From the NCBI GenBank assembly GCA_964016885.1, contig OZ024748.1, positions 16,678,001-16,742,000 of the forward strand: a DNA stretch of 64,000 bases, read 5' to 3'. The stretch's first letter is position 1. Every line of letters begins with the position of its first letter. This document shows positions 40,227 through 54,949 of this stretch, piece by piece. Position numbers and translations under genes: made by a program. The notes below the pieces were generated by a model. The model was not told where the DNA came from and ran no database searches. It worked only from the letters and a program-made list of their open reading frames with translations. The stretch comes from Eledone cirrhosa. Taxonomy: Eukaryota.

Positions 40227-40815
40227 TGGTGGCTGCCAACTCGTTTTCGAGTACGACCACTACTTTATATCCATGTAGGAGAAACCCTACCGATGCGCTG
40301 AACAAGTGTGACTTTTTAGTCCAGCCAGCGACTTGAAAACTCTGGTACAAACACTACACTTGTGACAATTATTGACACATAGTGCTGGGCCCATGGTACC
40401 ATGTGACGACAAGTGCAGAGAGATCTCCATATATAAAGCAATGCCTGTGCCGTGAAGCTTTTATAGTGAGCAAAGGCACTCTCTTAACCAAGATGATATT
40501 TACCAAAAAGAAGAACAAGTCAACATCATTGGATACCATCAGGGTTGCAGGTGTTATATCAGAGTTTTCCTTCTCCTAGAATTCTGCTTTGACAAAGGCT
40601 AAGGGGTCATCTCTCCCGGTGATTTTCGATGGCCATTGACTCTTAAGAGCTCCTTTGCCCTTTGACAGGTTTTGTTTTTAGTCCTGCAGGATGTCCAAAG
40701 TCACCCTCCTCACCAAGAAACCTTGGTGGGGTTGTCAGTTTAGTCGCCAACGACCCGACCATGAGACAGGTTGTACTGGGATACATGTTACCAGTAGCAG
40801 CAACTGGTGACCTGA
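40227..40815. mobile_element. Unclassified interspersed repeat, copy 2
   Basis: Matches 32398-32960. Confidence 0.75.
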
Positions 40816-40950
40816 CATACATACATATATATATACATACATATATATATATATATATATCATCATCATCATCATTTCATTTTACGTCCACTTTTTCCCT
40901 GCTTGCAAGAGTTGGACGGGAACTGATTCTGGGTTGTATATATATATATA

Positions 40951-41140
40951 TAAATTTAGCCCAGGTTCAATCAGGGGAAATCACAGTAAGTAAGGTACTC
41001 AATACAAAACAGAGTATAAATATTTAATATAGAAAAGCTTCTACAGGACTAGAACTGTTTCATTCGTGAGAAATCACCAGGAAGCTTTGATGATTTCTCA
41101 GGAATGAAACAGTTCTAGTCCTGTAGAAGCTTTTCAATAT
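40951..41140. mobile_element. Family C inverted-repeat remnant with damaged hammerheads
   Basis: Minus core CTGGTGA; plus core truncated; stem I AAGCTTC/GAAGCTT. Confidence 0.7.
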
Positions 41141-41392
41141 TGATTAATTAAAGGTAAATTAGTCTCTAATACTTGAATATCTCCATGTGTGGATAAAATA
41201 TATATCATGCACTCAGTGAGGATATATATTATTTTATATACATACATATAATTATATATAGACTATGTTTTAAATTATATATATGTTTTAAATTATATAT
41301 ATGTTTTTAATTATATATAGACTATGTTTTAAATTATATATATGTTTTAAATTATATATATGTTTTTAATTATATATAGACTATGTTTTAAA

Positions 41393-41466
41393 TTGCCTTG
41401 TCTGACGAACGAATGAGGATGTTTCTTGTATTCGTCTTATTCGGGAAAGCTCTGGTAATGAGGTAA
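41393..41466 (+). ncRNA. Hammerhead ribozyme related to family J
   Basis: TTGCCTTGT-CTGACGA-long stem II-GAAA-GCTCTGG-TA-ATGAGGTAA; 9-bp stem I with wobbles, stem III closing pair mismatched. Confidence 0.6.
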
Positions 41467-41597
41467 TTATATTGTATTGTTTATTATACATTAAATTTAG
41501 CTCTGGTACTTACATAGAGCACTCTTAACTCCTCTGACTTTTTCAATTTACAACGGAAACTTCAATACTTATATATATACATATGTATATATATGTA

Positions 41598-41902
41598 TAC
41601 ACTGAGGATGAAGAACTCAGAGCTGTATGTGAGCCTCCCAAAAGTCAGCTAGAAAGTGACACAGAGGAGATTGAGGTTAGCTGGACATGCTCACCGACAT
41701 CCAGAGTTGACACTGCCCTCAGTGCTCCTGTGGGAGCCCCTGCATGGACACACTGGAAGAGGAAGACTGAGGTTGACATATGTTGATGCACTAAGGACAG
41801 ACACTGGTCTCTTGGAGACGCAGGACATGGCAGTGATAATGAGGGACAGAGACCGCTGGAGAGAACTTGTCCATGGATCTCAGGAATTTTACCCACCCTA
41901 GA
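41598..41902 (+). mobile_element. RTE LINE 3' fragment (same family as 23465-24428)
   Basis: [40 protein letters not shown]. Confidence 0.88.
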
Positions 41903-41904
41903 TA

Positions 41905-41935
<31 letters not shown>

Positions 41936-41939
<4 letters not shown>

Positions 41940-42223
41940 GTAGAACACTAGTGGATTATATCCGTAGTAGTAGAGCACTCAGTCCATGGGACGAGTTTGG
42001 TAGAAGTAGTTCCACAGCAGTTAGTTCACCATTCAGAGAACGAATGTTTCGCCTTACACGGATCATCAGCTCGGTCTGAGTGAAGTTGTATGGAACACAA
42101 CCATATGAATAAGCATGCGCAGAAACGATCACTTCTCCTAGGTGATATAATCCCACCAAGCTGATGATCTGCATAAGGTGAAACATTTGTTCTCGGTATG
42201 GTGAACTAACTGTTGTGGAACTA

Positions 42224-42227
<4 letters not shown>
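41936..42227. mobile_element. Family I inverted repeat (42004-42075/42155-42227) with a hammerhead in each arm
   Basis: ACCAAG-CTGATGA-TCTGCATAAGGT-GAAA-CATTTG-TT-CTCGGT at 42155-42197; minus twin 42033-42075; relative at 62860-62986. Confidence 0.7.
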
Positions 42228-42292
<65 letters not shown>

Positions 42293-42384
42293 GAAAGGTA
42301 TAGAAAAATATTGTAGCAAAAAGCCAACAGTATTCCCTAATATATATATATATATATAAAAATTATAAAAATATATAAAAATAT

Positions 42385-42724
42385 ATAAAAAGTAATTCCG
42401 TCGGAAAAGTCCAGGAAAAAAGAGTGCTCTATGTAGGTAACAGAGCTTAATAGTTATGTAATAAACAACATAAGGCAATTATTTCATTTACCAGTGGTTT
42501 CTTAAAAGCAAAAAAATGTTGCTTTCAATCCTCAGAATGAAAAAATCCAGGTGTATTTATTGGCGTTGGATTTTAAAAATCAATTTTAAAATCAATTTTA
42601 AAATCCAATGCCAATAAATACACCAGGATTTTTTCATTCTGATGATTGAAAGCAAAATTTTTTTTGCTTTTAAGAAACCACTGGTAAATGAAATAATTGC
42701 CTTATGTTGTTTATTACATAACTA
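42385..42724. mobile_element. Family J inverted repeat (42451-42578/42596-42724) with minus-strand tail
   Basis: Reverse-complement arms flanked by TA-rich repeats. Confidence 0.78.
42632..42693 (+). ncRNA. Type-I hammerhead ribozyme (minus twin 42482-42542 with CUGAGGA core)
   Basis: TTTCATT-CTGATGA-TTGAAAGCAAAA TTTT TTTTGCTTTTAA-GAAA-CCACTGG-TA-AATGAAA; all three stems pair, GUA site. Confidence 0.85.
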
Positions 42725-42734
42725 TATATATATA

Positions 42735-43329
42735 CACTGTAAATGTGGTTGGTGTTAGGAAGGGCATCCAACTGTAGAAAACCCGCCAGACAGTCCTATG
42801 CGAGCAAGACAACCACTCTTGCCTCAAGTGGGAAAACCCCCGTCCAAACCCATGCAAGCGTGGAACACGGACGCTAAACCTAATGATGATGATGATATAT
42901 ATATATTAATTAAAGGTTAATTAATCTCTAATTGTTAAACATCTCAATGAGTGGATATAATATATGGATAAGAAATCACTTAGAGAAACAATATTATATA
43001 TTAAATTTAACTGAGAATTAAACTGTATTTATGGGAGTACAAGTCAGATAGAGAAAAACAATGTTTAGCTATACTTGCTTGTATAACGATCTCCCTACCA
43101 TACTAGGGAAATCTTTATACAACCGGGTATAGATAAATGGTTTGTACTCCCACAAATAGAGTTTTTTCTTACTTAAATATGATGATGATATATATCATAA
43201 TCATCAATTAATGTCTATCTTCCACGCAAGCACGGGTTAGTCCCATTTAGAGGCAAGTTGGGTGACCATATCTCGCTCATATAGGAGAGTTTCTGGCTGG
43301 TTTTCTATGGCTGAATGCCCTTCCTAACG

Positions 43330-43368
<39 letters not shown>

Positions 43369-43628
43369 TGTAGGTGTCACGAGAAAAAAACTCACAGTCC
43401 ACGCTGTAATGTGGTCGTGTAGGTAACACGGTAAAAAGTTCCCAGTTCCACACTGTAAATGTGGTTGGTGTTAGGAAGGGCATCCAGCCGTAGAAAACCT
43501 GCCAGATAGTCCTATATGAGCGAGACACGGTCACCCGACCAACCTTGCCTCAAGTGGGACAACTCCCGTCTAACCCATGCTAGCGTGGAAAATGGACGTT
43601 AAACGAAGATGATGATGATGATGATGAT
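42735..43628 (+). mobile_element. RTE family A 3' ends (42735-42895, 43365-43628) with an inverted fragment at 43195-43332
   Basis: Match to the 3' UTR and (GAT)n tail; another copy at 58690-58858. Confidence 0.8.
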
Positions 43629-44033
43629 ATATATATACATACATCAGCATGATCATCCTTTCTATGCCCACTTTTCCATGCTGGCATAGGTTGTATACTA
43701 TTCTAGTCGTGTCAAAGGGCATGATTACCTCCCTAGTGTTTGTGATTTATATGATAAACACACCCAGTACACACTGTAAAGTGGTTGCTGATAGGAAGGT
43801 CATCTAGTCATAGAAGTCTTGTGAAACAAAGGGTTGGGAGGACGCTCAGTCATGTCAAAGGCATTACAACCTTGCCTGAGCACTTGATGGAACATGAGAC
43901 CATACATAAGTGAGATAGATCCCTGGCTTGTTTGGGAGATCACTGGCTCTGCATCAATACAGACTTGGTCTATATAGACCCATCCAACCCTTGCTAGCCA
44001 GGAAAGAGGACAATAAAACAACAATGATGATGA

Positions 44034-44096
<63 letters not shown>

Positions 44097-45559
44097 AGGC
44101 AAACAGAATCAACAAAACAAATGACATCACACAATGAAGAAATGTATTAGTTTAACACTTTATATATGATGAAAAGAGTTTTAATGTTTGGGTCTTTAGT
44201 CTTTCATCGGGATATAGAATAAAAAACAAGAGATAAAATAGAAAGAGTAAGAAGAAAGGGAAAAAAATTCTTCTTTTTCTTCCTATTCTTCTCCTTCTTC
44301 TTCCTCACTTTCCCCTCCTCCTTCTTCTTCTTCTTCTTCTCCTTTGTTTATGTGTGTATGTTTGTGAGGGTGTGTGTGATGGTTTATTTAGATGCAGATG
44401 TTTGTTTATGTGTATATATGTGTACATATTTGTATGCTTGAGCGTATAGGAAATACATGTGTACATTTGTGTGTATAAACTTCAGACTATGTATGTATAA
44501 TTGTTTATATATATGTGGTATAGTGTGAGTGTGTGTGTTTATGTGTATGCAAGGATATATCTGTCTATCTCTGCTCTTTTTCACTCTTTCTTTTTCACAG
44601 TTTTATCCACTTGAGAAAATCCTGATTTATAAGTGAATTTTTTATTTTAAAAAAAAAATCCAAATATTAATAACCTGCAATTAAAGATAACACACACACA
44701 CACATATATAAATATATGTCATATTTACTTACACATATATTTTTTCCTCCGCTGCCACCAGTCTGTTTCGTTCTTTGAGTCTTTACCCTTTCTAGCAGTC
44801 TCTCTCTCTCTGTTAGCCTCTTCCTCACCTTTCACTCACTCACTCTCTGTCACTACCTCTCCTCCTCCCCTTTCTTCCCGTTTGACCTGTCCGTAATCCT
44901 TTTCTCGCGGGCACTTGGCCAAGCCGGTATGAATTTTTTTTCTCTCTCTCTCTCGTCTGCGACTTCACAGAACTTATGTTTACCGAATTCGCAGACCAGA
45001 CCCCTTCTTCCTCCCGTTAGACCTGTGCGAAATTCCTTCCTTGCTCACATTTCAACCAGGTTTGATGGTCTTTATTCTCTCGTTCACGATTCTACCGAAT
45101 TTATATTCATAGAAATCTGGGACTTGTTTCTTCTTCATCACTTTCTGCTGCTTAAACCATTTTGTCTGTTTACCCTAGCGTCCCCTTTATTTACGTGTCC
45201 CAACGACTTTTTTTAGCCGTTGCTCGCACCAACCTGAGGTATATGGCCTTTAATGCGACGAAATGCCTACGACGGTTGGAAGGCCACTGATGAGGACAAA
45301 CTTTTTCATATGTAACCCATTTGCAGTGCCGCAGCTCCATTATTATCATATATATATATATATATATATATATAAAGATATATATATATATGTATAAAGA
45401 TATATATATCAGTGTGTATATATATATATAATATGTATATATATATATACACATACATATATATAAATCACAAATGAAAAAAACCCAACACCATCTCATT
45501 ATGTTAACGTAAATGATACCCACTTTAACATCAAAGGTTCATATCAACACTAATGGTGC

Positions 45560-45603
<44 letters not shown>

Positions 45604-45654
45604 GTAATAATAATAAATAACAACAACAACAATTATGATATCAATAATAATAAT

Positions 45655-45980
45655 AATTGTTTCTTCTTTTGGCACAAGGCCAGCAATTATCCCAGTGTAT
45701 TACTGGTACTTTATTGTATCGACCCCGTAAGGATGAAAGGCAAAGTTAACCTCGGTGGGATTTGAACTCAGTCCATAAAGGGACGTAACTATGCTGCAAA
45801 GCATGGCGTCTGACCCTCAACCCATACTGCCAATCCATAATAATAATAATAACTGTTTTTACTTTTGGCACAAGGCCAGCAATTATCCCAGTGCATTACT
45901 GGTGGTTTATTTATCCATAAGGATAAAAGTCAAAGTTAACCTCAGCAAGGTTTGGACTCAAACCGTAAAGGGCCGTAACT
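45655..45980 (-). mobile_element. Two tandem family B SINEs
   Basis: Reverse-complement cores; further pieces at 46710-46945. Confidence 0.85.
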
Positions 45981-46171
45981 CCTATGGACGTAAAACGTTG
46001 ATGATGATGACGATGATGATGATGATATATGAAAACAACAATTTGTACACTCGTGTATTTCCCATACACTCATGCATGCAAACACATACAAGTATGTGCA
46101 CATACACACAAACATAAACAAACATATACATCATCATCATCATCATCATCATCGCCATCATCATCATCATC

Positions 46172-46229
<58 letters not shown>

Positions 46230-46375
46230 TTTTACATCCATTTCCCTTGCTGGCATTGGTTGGACAAATATTAGTGATGGTACTGAATAAGATTGAACAC
46301 TAACCACAAACATAAACAAACATATACATCATCATCATCATCAGCAGCAGCAGCAGTACCATCATTATCATCATC

Positions 46376-46461
<86 letters not shown>

Positions 46462-46844
46462 TTTACATCCATTTCCCTTGCTGGCATTGGTTAGACAAAT
46501 GTTAGTGATGATACTGAATAAGGTTGAACACTAACCACCTTGTCTATATCATCTACATCAGGCCAGAAGTCTAGCAAAGCAATACATTCACGTTGATGAA
46601 AGTTACCTAACTCCAGCAAGATTTTTAACTCCAAGATAAAAGAGCTGTAAAACTAACAGTAGAAAATGTTTGTTAGTCTTCAGCTCATTTATTCAACTAC
46701 TTTTCAACACCCTGTAAGGATGAAAGGCAAAGTTAACCTCGACATGATTTGAATTCAGATCATAAAGGGCCGTAACTCTATGCTGCAAAGCATGGCGCCC
46801 GACCCTCTATCAATATCTGCCAATCCACCGCCCTATAAGAACAC

Positions 46845-46890
<46 letters not shown>

Positions 46891-46954
46891 TGTTTCTACT
46901 TTAGGCACAAAGCCAGCAATTACCCAGTGTATTACTGGTACTTTAATAATAATA

Positions 46955-47262
46955 ATAGTGTACAGTGCTCAGGTACACTACAACTCATCAAAGGTGCATG
47001 TATAGAACATAGAATAATGTTCAAATGTCAGGAAAATGAACAGTGTATGAAATACACACAGACACGCGCATACACATGCGTGCATGTGTATGGGGGGGGG
47101 GGGGATATTAGTTGTAGTGTTGGCGAATTTCAGGAAGCATGGAGGTTTAAATGATGCAGTGTCTCGACAGCTAACAACTGATGCAGGTACTTTGTTCCAT
47201 GCTTCAACAACTCTGAGCGTGAAAAAAATGTTTCCGAAAGTCATGGGAGTTGTGCTGTATAA
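46955..47262 (-). mobile_element. CR1-type LINE C-terminus and 3' UTR
   Basis: FFTLRVVEAWNKVPASVVSCRDTASFK matches the FF..RVV..WN.LP..VV....FK motif; (ATT)n tail. Confidence 0.8.
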
Positions 47263-48139
47263 GTAAAATCTTATATTAGTTCAAGTTAACTAACACTGCC
47301 AGGATTTGAACTCGAAGATTGAAGAGGTGTGAAACTAACAGTTGTAATCTTGTTGTTCACATGTTCTTTTATTCAACTACTTACGTTGCCCTATTATGTA
47401 TAAATATTAAACAGCCTCAATGTTCTGTCTACAAGCTACACATTAGGTTACGTTTCAGCTTCTATTTTTACATGAGAATTATCTGAAATTGAAGATAATA
47501 GAAGCAATAAAAATTGTTTTAGTTCCACTAAACTTGAATAATCACTTAATAGGATAGGAAGTTCAATGTTAAGCAAACAATAATATCATTCTCTATACAC
47601 AGAAAACACCTTAAAACTGTCTAGAAAACAGTGGCTATTTTAATACTAGCAACAAACAGAGTAGTGTTCAAACAAATTGAAACTGTAAGAGTAAATAATG
47701 ATATTTAGATCCCTTGCCAGTCTCTAATATATAACATGAACTATTCTTTGAGTTAAGTAAACATATATGAGCCATTACCATAGACTGACAGTCCCTTGAC
47801 TCAAATATATGTTCACATAGTAGTAACATTAGCTTGTGTTAATGATCTTGCATTTTAAAATGATTTAAAATGACTAAAACTAAAAATAGGAGCTGAAGAA
47901 AACCAAAAAACAAAATCTATGTTAATGTGTATTTTGTAGACATAATGCTGGAACTTAAAAATATTTATAGAGGATTAGGCAGTAAACCATGTCAAGAACA
48001 ATTACAGAACTATTAGAAAATGGGAGAATTTCCATCATCTTCTAAGATAGCAGAGGACAGAGTTCACAATGACAAGGAGTAAAAAATAAACACAATAAAA
48101 AAAAAAATTGATTTTCATTGTCACAACAAAATTATCCAA

Positions 48140-48670
48140 TTAACCCTGTCAGGTGGTTGTTTTGGTAACATGAGAAAAAGCACCCAGTCCACCCTCTAAA
48201 GTGGTCATGCCGGTGACATGACAAAAAGCACCCATTCCACACTGTTAGGTGTTCAGGCTGGTGACACGACAAGAATCACCTGGTCCATGTTGTAAGGTGG
48301 TCATGTTGGTGACACAAAAAGCACCCTGTTCACCCTGTAAGGTGATCGTGTTGGTAACATGACAAAAAGCATCCCATCCACTATGTAAGGTGGTTGTGTT
48401 GATGACATGTTAAAATGTACCCAGTCCAAACTGTAAAGTGGTCATTTAGTGACATGACAAAAAGTGCCTGGTCCACCCTATAAGGTGGTCGTGTTATGAC
48501 ATGACAAAAAGCACCCAGTGAACCCTGTAAAGTGGCTCTGCTGATGACATGATAAAAAAGTACTAAGTTCACCTTGTAAGATGTTTATGTTGGTGACATG
48601 ACAAAAAGCACACAGTCAACCCTATAAAGTGGTCGCCTTGGTGACACAACAAAATACACACAGTCCACAT
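48140..48670 (-). repeat. Diverged ~47-bp minisatellite, about 11 copies
   Basis: GGTGACATGACAAAAAGCACCCAGTCCACCCTGTAAAGTGGTC-type unit; reverse complement of the 19975 and 30830-31100 arrays. Confidence 0.8.
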
Positions 48671-48672
48671 CA

Positions 48673-48939
48673 TAATTCAAATTAAAAGATATATGTATAG
48701 AGAGACAAAAAGCAATATATCATTTGAGAAACACAGTATGTTGTACATATATATAAAGCACATCAATTTTAGGGAAAGTATATGTACTCCAATGTCGAGG
48801 AGTTCTTCTTTTCCTCCTTAAAGTACATATTTTTTTCCCTAAATATTATGCGCTTTATATATGAACAAAATACAGTTTCTCAAATGATATATGCCTCTTT
48901 CTCTCTCTCTCTCTCTCTATATATATATCTTTTAATTTG

Positions 48940-48943
<4 letters not shown>
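48673..48943. repeat. Imperfect inverted repeat adjoining (TA)n
   Basis: AATTCAAATTAAAAGATATAT...ATATATCTTTTAATTTGAATT; inner pair ATATATCATTTGAGAAAC / GTTTCTCAAATGATATAT. Confidence 0.65.
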
Positions 48944-48983
<40 letters not shown>

Positions 48984-49201
48984 GTGTGTGTGTGTGTGTA
49001 TAGATAGATAGATAGAAAGATGTATATTTTTATGCACTTTTTGCTAAGGTTTTTATTTCAATTGATAATACTAAGCTTTCCAAGGAATGTTGAATACAGT
49101 AAAAATATTATTGTTAAACATTGATATGAATTTTGGTGATAAATATTGCATGAAATAATGCCTCAGGGTATATACATATATGCACACTTATATGTATATT
49201 C

Positions 49202-49240
<39 letters not shown>

Positions 49241-49718
49241 AATATATAGATATATATTTGTATATATATATTTGTAAATATATATATATATATATACACA
49301 CACAAATATATATATATATTTGTAAATATATATATATATATATATACACACAAATATATATATATATATTTGTATATATATATGTATATTTTTATATATA
49401 TATATTTGTAAATATATATATATATACACACAAATATATATATATATATACACACAAATATATATATATATATATATATATTTGTAAATATATACATATA
49501 TATACACACAAATATATATATATATACACACAAATATATATATATATATTTGTATATATATACATAGATTTTTATATATATATATTTGTAAAAATATATA
49601 TATATATGTGTGTATATATAGAGGTATATATATATATATATTTATAAATATATATATATAGATGTATATCATATCCATCATATGCATATATACGTATATG
49701 TATATATTTATATTTGTA

Positions 49719-49743
<25 letters not shown>

Positions 49744-49752
<9 letters not shown>

Positions 49753-50488
49753 TAAACAAATAATGAACAAACAATTCCTTATATTAAACAAAAAAAGTTC
49801 ACTATTTAACGATCGTTTCTAGGGCATATATGTGTTATAATTGGTATGCATATTTAACAGATCTATGTACAAAATTATACAAAATTATACAAATTATCAA
49901 GATTAAATATACATACCTAACTCATATATACGCCGTCTTCAGAAATAATGAAGTATATTTATTGATAATAACAACAATTCAAAATATCAGTTCAAAATTG
50001 ACCAATGAAAACACAAAGGGTTAAAAAGCAGTTTGGTGTGTGTATATACATGTATATACACACACCAAACTGCTTTTTAACCCTTTGTGTTTTCATTGGT
50101 CAATTTTGAACTGATATTTTGAATTGTTGTTATTATCAATAAATATACTTCATTATTTCTGAAGACGGCGTATATATGAGTTAGGTATGTATATTTAATC
50201 TTGATAATTTGTATAATTTTGTATAATTTTGTACATAGATCTGTTAAATATGCATACCAATTATAACACATATATGCCCTAGAAACGATCGTTAAATAGT
50301 GAACTTTTTTTGTTTAATATAAGGAATTGTTTGTTCATTATTTGTTTAATATTTTATCTTGACTCTGTATACCGTTTATCTTTCACCGAAATTGGATTTT
50401 CATTACATCTCTTCTTTCCATGATATCCGGAGTACATTGAGTTCTTCATACGGATTGGACACTACCGTAAACTCTTGGTAGATTTATC

Positions 50489-50491
<3 letters not shown>
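49744..50491. mobile_element. Family K: 614-bp spacerless palindrome (49744-50357, centre 50050/50051) plus 3' tail
   Basis: Identical mirror ORFs 49830-50024(+) and 50077-50271(-); tail recurs inverted at 63010-63150. Confidence 0.85.
50149..50303 (+). ncRNA. Hammerhead ribozyme with 116-nt stem II domain (minus twin 49798-49952)
   Basis: TTCATTATTT-CTGAAGA-...-GAAA-CGATCG-TT-AAATAGTGAA; 10-bp stem I, palindromic CGATCG stem III. Confidence 0.78.
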
Positions 50492-50522
<31 letters not shown>

Positions 50523-50754
50523 GTGTGCATACGGAGTATATGTGGGTATATATATACCTGCTTCTTGGAAATGGTAAAGCTAATAATGGGAAGTGTTGTT
50601 TTTAATACAATAGGGAACTCTCGCAGATCACAAAAATATCGATTAAATCTTGAAAATTTAAGATCTGGAAGATTTAAATGGATTTGATATTGCTCGTATT
50701 TGTAGACACATATACATACACATACATATATATAATAATGAGGATGATGATGAT

Positions 50755-52790
<2,036 letters not shown>

Positions 52791-53032
52791 TTACTCTATA
52801 TAACTATAGACACATAAACACACACACATATATACCATATATACAGACATATATACAGCATATATCTATGAGAGATCTTTAACTATAGCTGCCCCACTTA
52901 ATCAATCACTTTATCTAACATTGTCTACAATCCTCCCTTCCTCTCGTTTATCAGAAAAGATCTTCAGTAGATTCATGTTGAAATATTTCACTGTTACTAT
53001 CTATCAGCTCTATCTTAACATTCATTTTACAG

Positions 53033-53096
53033 CACATCAAAGTATTATGAGCCAATCCAATGTGATGCGATGTGAAGCAAAACGAGGCAAAGCGAG
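53033..53096 (+). other. Candidate host exon
   Basis: TTCATTTTACAG acceptor and GAG|GTAAGG donor; one open frame HQSIMSQSNVMRCEAKRGKA. Confidence 0.3.
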
Positions 53097-53282
53097 GTAA
53101 GGAATGGGAAGGCACATCTCTGCAAACTGAAAACAGGGATTATATCTATCTATCTATCATCAACATTATAATAGAAATGATATATCTGAAATAATAGCAA
53201 TGTTTAATGGTGTATTGTTGTTATTATTTTTATTGTTAATATTAATTTACTACTGATGATAGTATAATAATATGTTATTATT

Positions 53283-54355
53283 AGTGGATTGGCAGTATCG
53301 GTAGAGGGTCGGACGCCATGCTTTCTAGCATAGTTACGTCCCTTTACGATCTGAGTTCAAATCCCGCCGAGGTTGACTTTGCATTTCATCCTTACGGGGT
53401 CGATAAAATAAAGTACCAGTGAGGCACTGGGTAGTTGCTGGCCTTGTGCCTAAAGTAGAAACAATTATTATACAAAGGGCAGTTGATTGGTGGTATTGGT
53501 GGAGGGTTGGACGCCATTCCTTGCTGCATGGAGTTACGGCCCTTTATGATCTGAGTTCAAATCCCGCTGAGGTTAACTTTGCCTTTCATCCTTACGGGGG
53601 TCGATAAAATAAAGTACAAGTAATACACTGGGATAATTTCTGGCCTTGTGCCTAAAGTAGAAACAATTATTATTATACTGAGGGTGGTGGATTGGCAGTA
53701 TCGGTAGAGGGTTGGACGCCATGCCTTGCTGCATGGAGTTACGGCCCTTTATGATCTGAGTTCAAATCCCACTGAGGTTAACTTTGCCTTTCATCCTTAC
53801 GGGGTCGATAAAATAAAGTACCAGTCACGCACTGGGGTCGATTTAATCGACTTTCCCCTCCCTCAATTGCTGGCCTTGTGCCTATATAAGAAACCATTAT
53901 TATTATTATTAAGGGCGGTGAATTGGCAGTATCGGTAGAGTGTTGGCCACTTTACTTTGCATCATAGAGTTATGTCCCTTTACGATCAGAGTTCAAATCC
54001 TTCCGAGGTTAGCTTTGTCTTTCATCCTTACAGGATCGATAAAATAAAGTACCAGTCCTGCACTGGGGTCGATTTAATTGACTTTCCCCTCTTCCCAAAT
54101 TGCTGGCCTTGTGCCTATTAGTAGAAATCATTATTATTATCATTATTTCCATTATTATTTTTATTGCACATCATTACTACTTTACCAAGTACAGATTTGT
54201 GCACCTTATTATCGTTATTAAGGGAGGTGAATTGGCAGAGTCACTGAGCATCAGTCAAAGGCAGAGCATTATTTGTTACGACTCTTTACATTCTGAGTTC
54301 AAATCCTGCTGAGGTTAGCTTTGCCTTTCATCCTTTCAGGGGCAATAAAATAAAC
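53283..54355 (+). mobile_element. Head-to-tail run of five family B SINEs
   Basis: Copies start near 53283, 53478, 53680, 53910, 54220, separated by (ATT)n tails. Confidence 0.9.
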
Positions 54356-54949
54356 CAAGAATTAAACTCACAACCTTACAATCATGAGCAAAGTATAAAA
54401 AACCACCAAGCCACATTATTTCTAATTACACATACTCTCCAATATAAAATGAAATCTGTAAACTTTTGGCATGTATGATTTTAACCAATCTGACCAAAAA
54501 TGGCTTTGATTCCATGGAAATAAATAAGAAATTTTGATGGGATCTTATTTTGATTTGAGTCTTCTGACATGATTTTATATGAGAACATTATGTTCAGTTA
54601 TGATTTTAGTAATGAAATAATTAATTGATTTAGTAAATTCATCAAAATACTTTATGAGGGAGACCAAGGTTGACATATGTTGATGCCCTAAGGACAGACA
54701 CTGGTCTCTTGAAGGCTCAGGACAAGGCAGCAATGATGAAGAACAGAGACCGCTGGAGAGAACTCGTCCATGGGTCTCAGGATTTTTACCCGCCCTAGGT
54801 AAATAGAGATACTTCAATAATCAATTGAAATAGTGTGTTGTTCATTAGAAATATTGTCATGAAAGGGTAAATTGTGTTGATCTTTGGCAAATCCTATTAA
54901 AAGGTGTTGATTACACCTGGGTCGAATTCCTCTAAATACAGGTAATAAT

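Noticed and set aside
40222-40240. Perfect Kozak GCCACCATG on the minus strand
   Set aside because: It lies at the boundary of an interspersed repeat, and the other copy reads GCCACCATA
45210-45345. CTGATGAGGAC (and CTGACGAAGGAC in the relative at 12830-12965 minus) as hammerheads
   Set aside because: No correctly placed GAAA/NUH or closing stems could be built in any permutation
49830-50271. Pair of identical 64-aa ORFs on opposite strands
   Set aside because: A consequence of the palindrome; no coding signature. An assembly fold-back cannot be fully excluded for this apparently perfect palindrome, but related islands with mismatched arms argue the architecture is real
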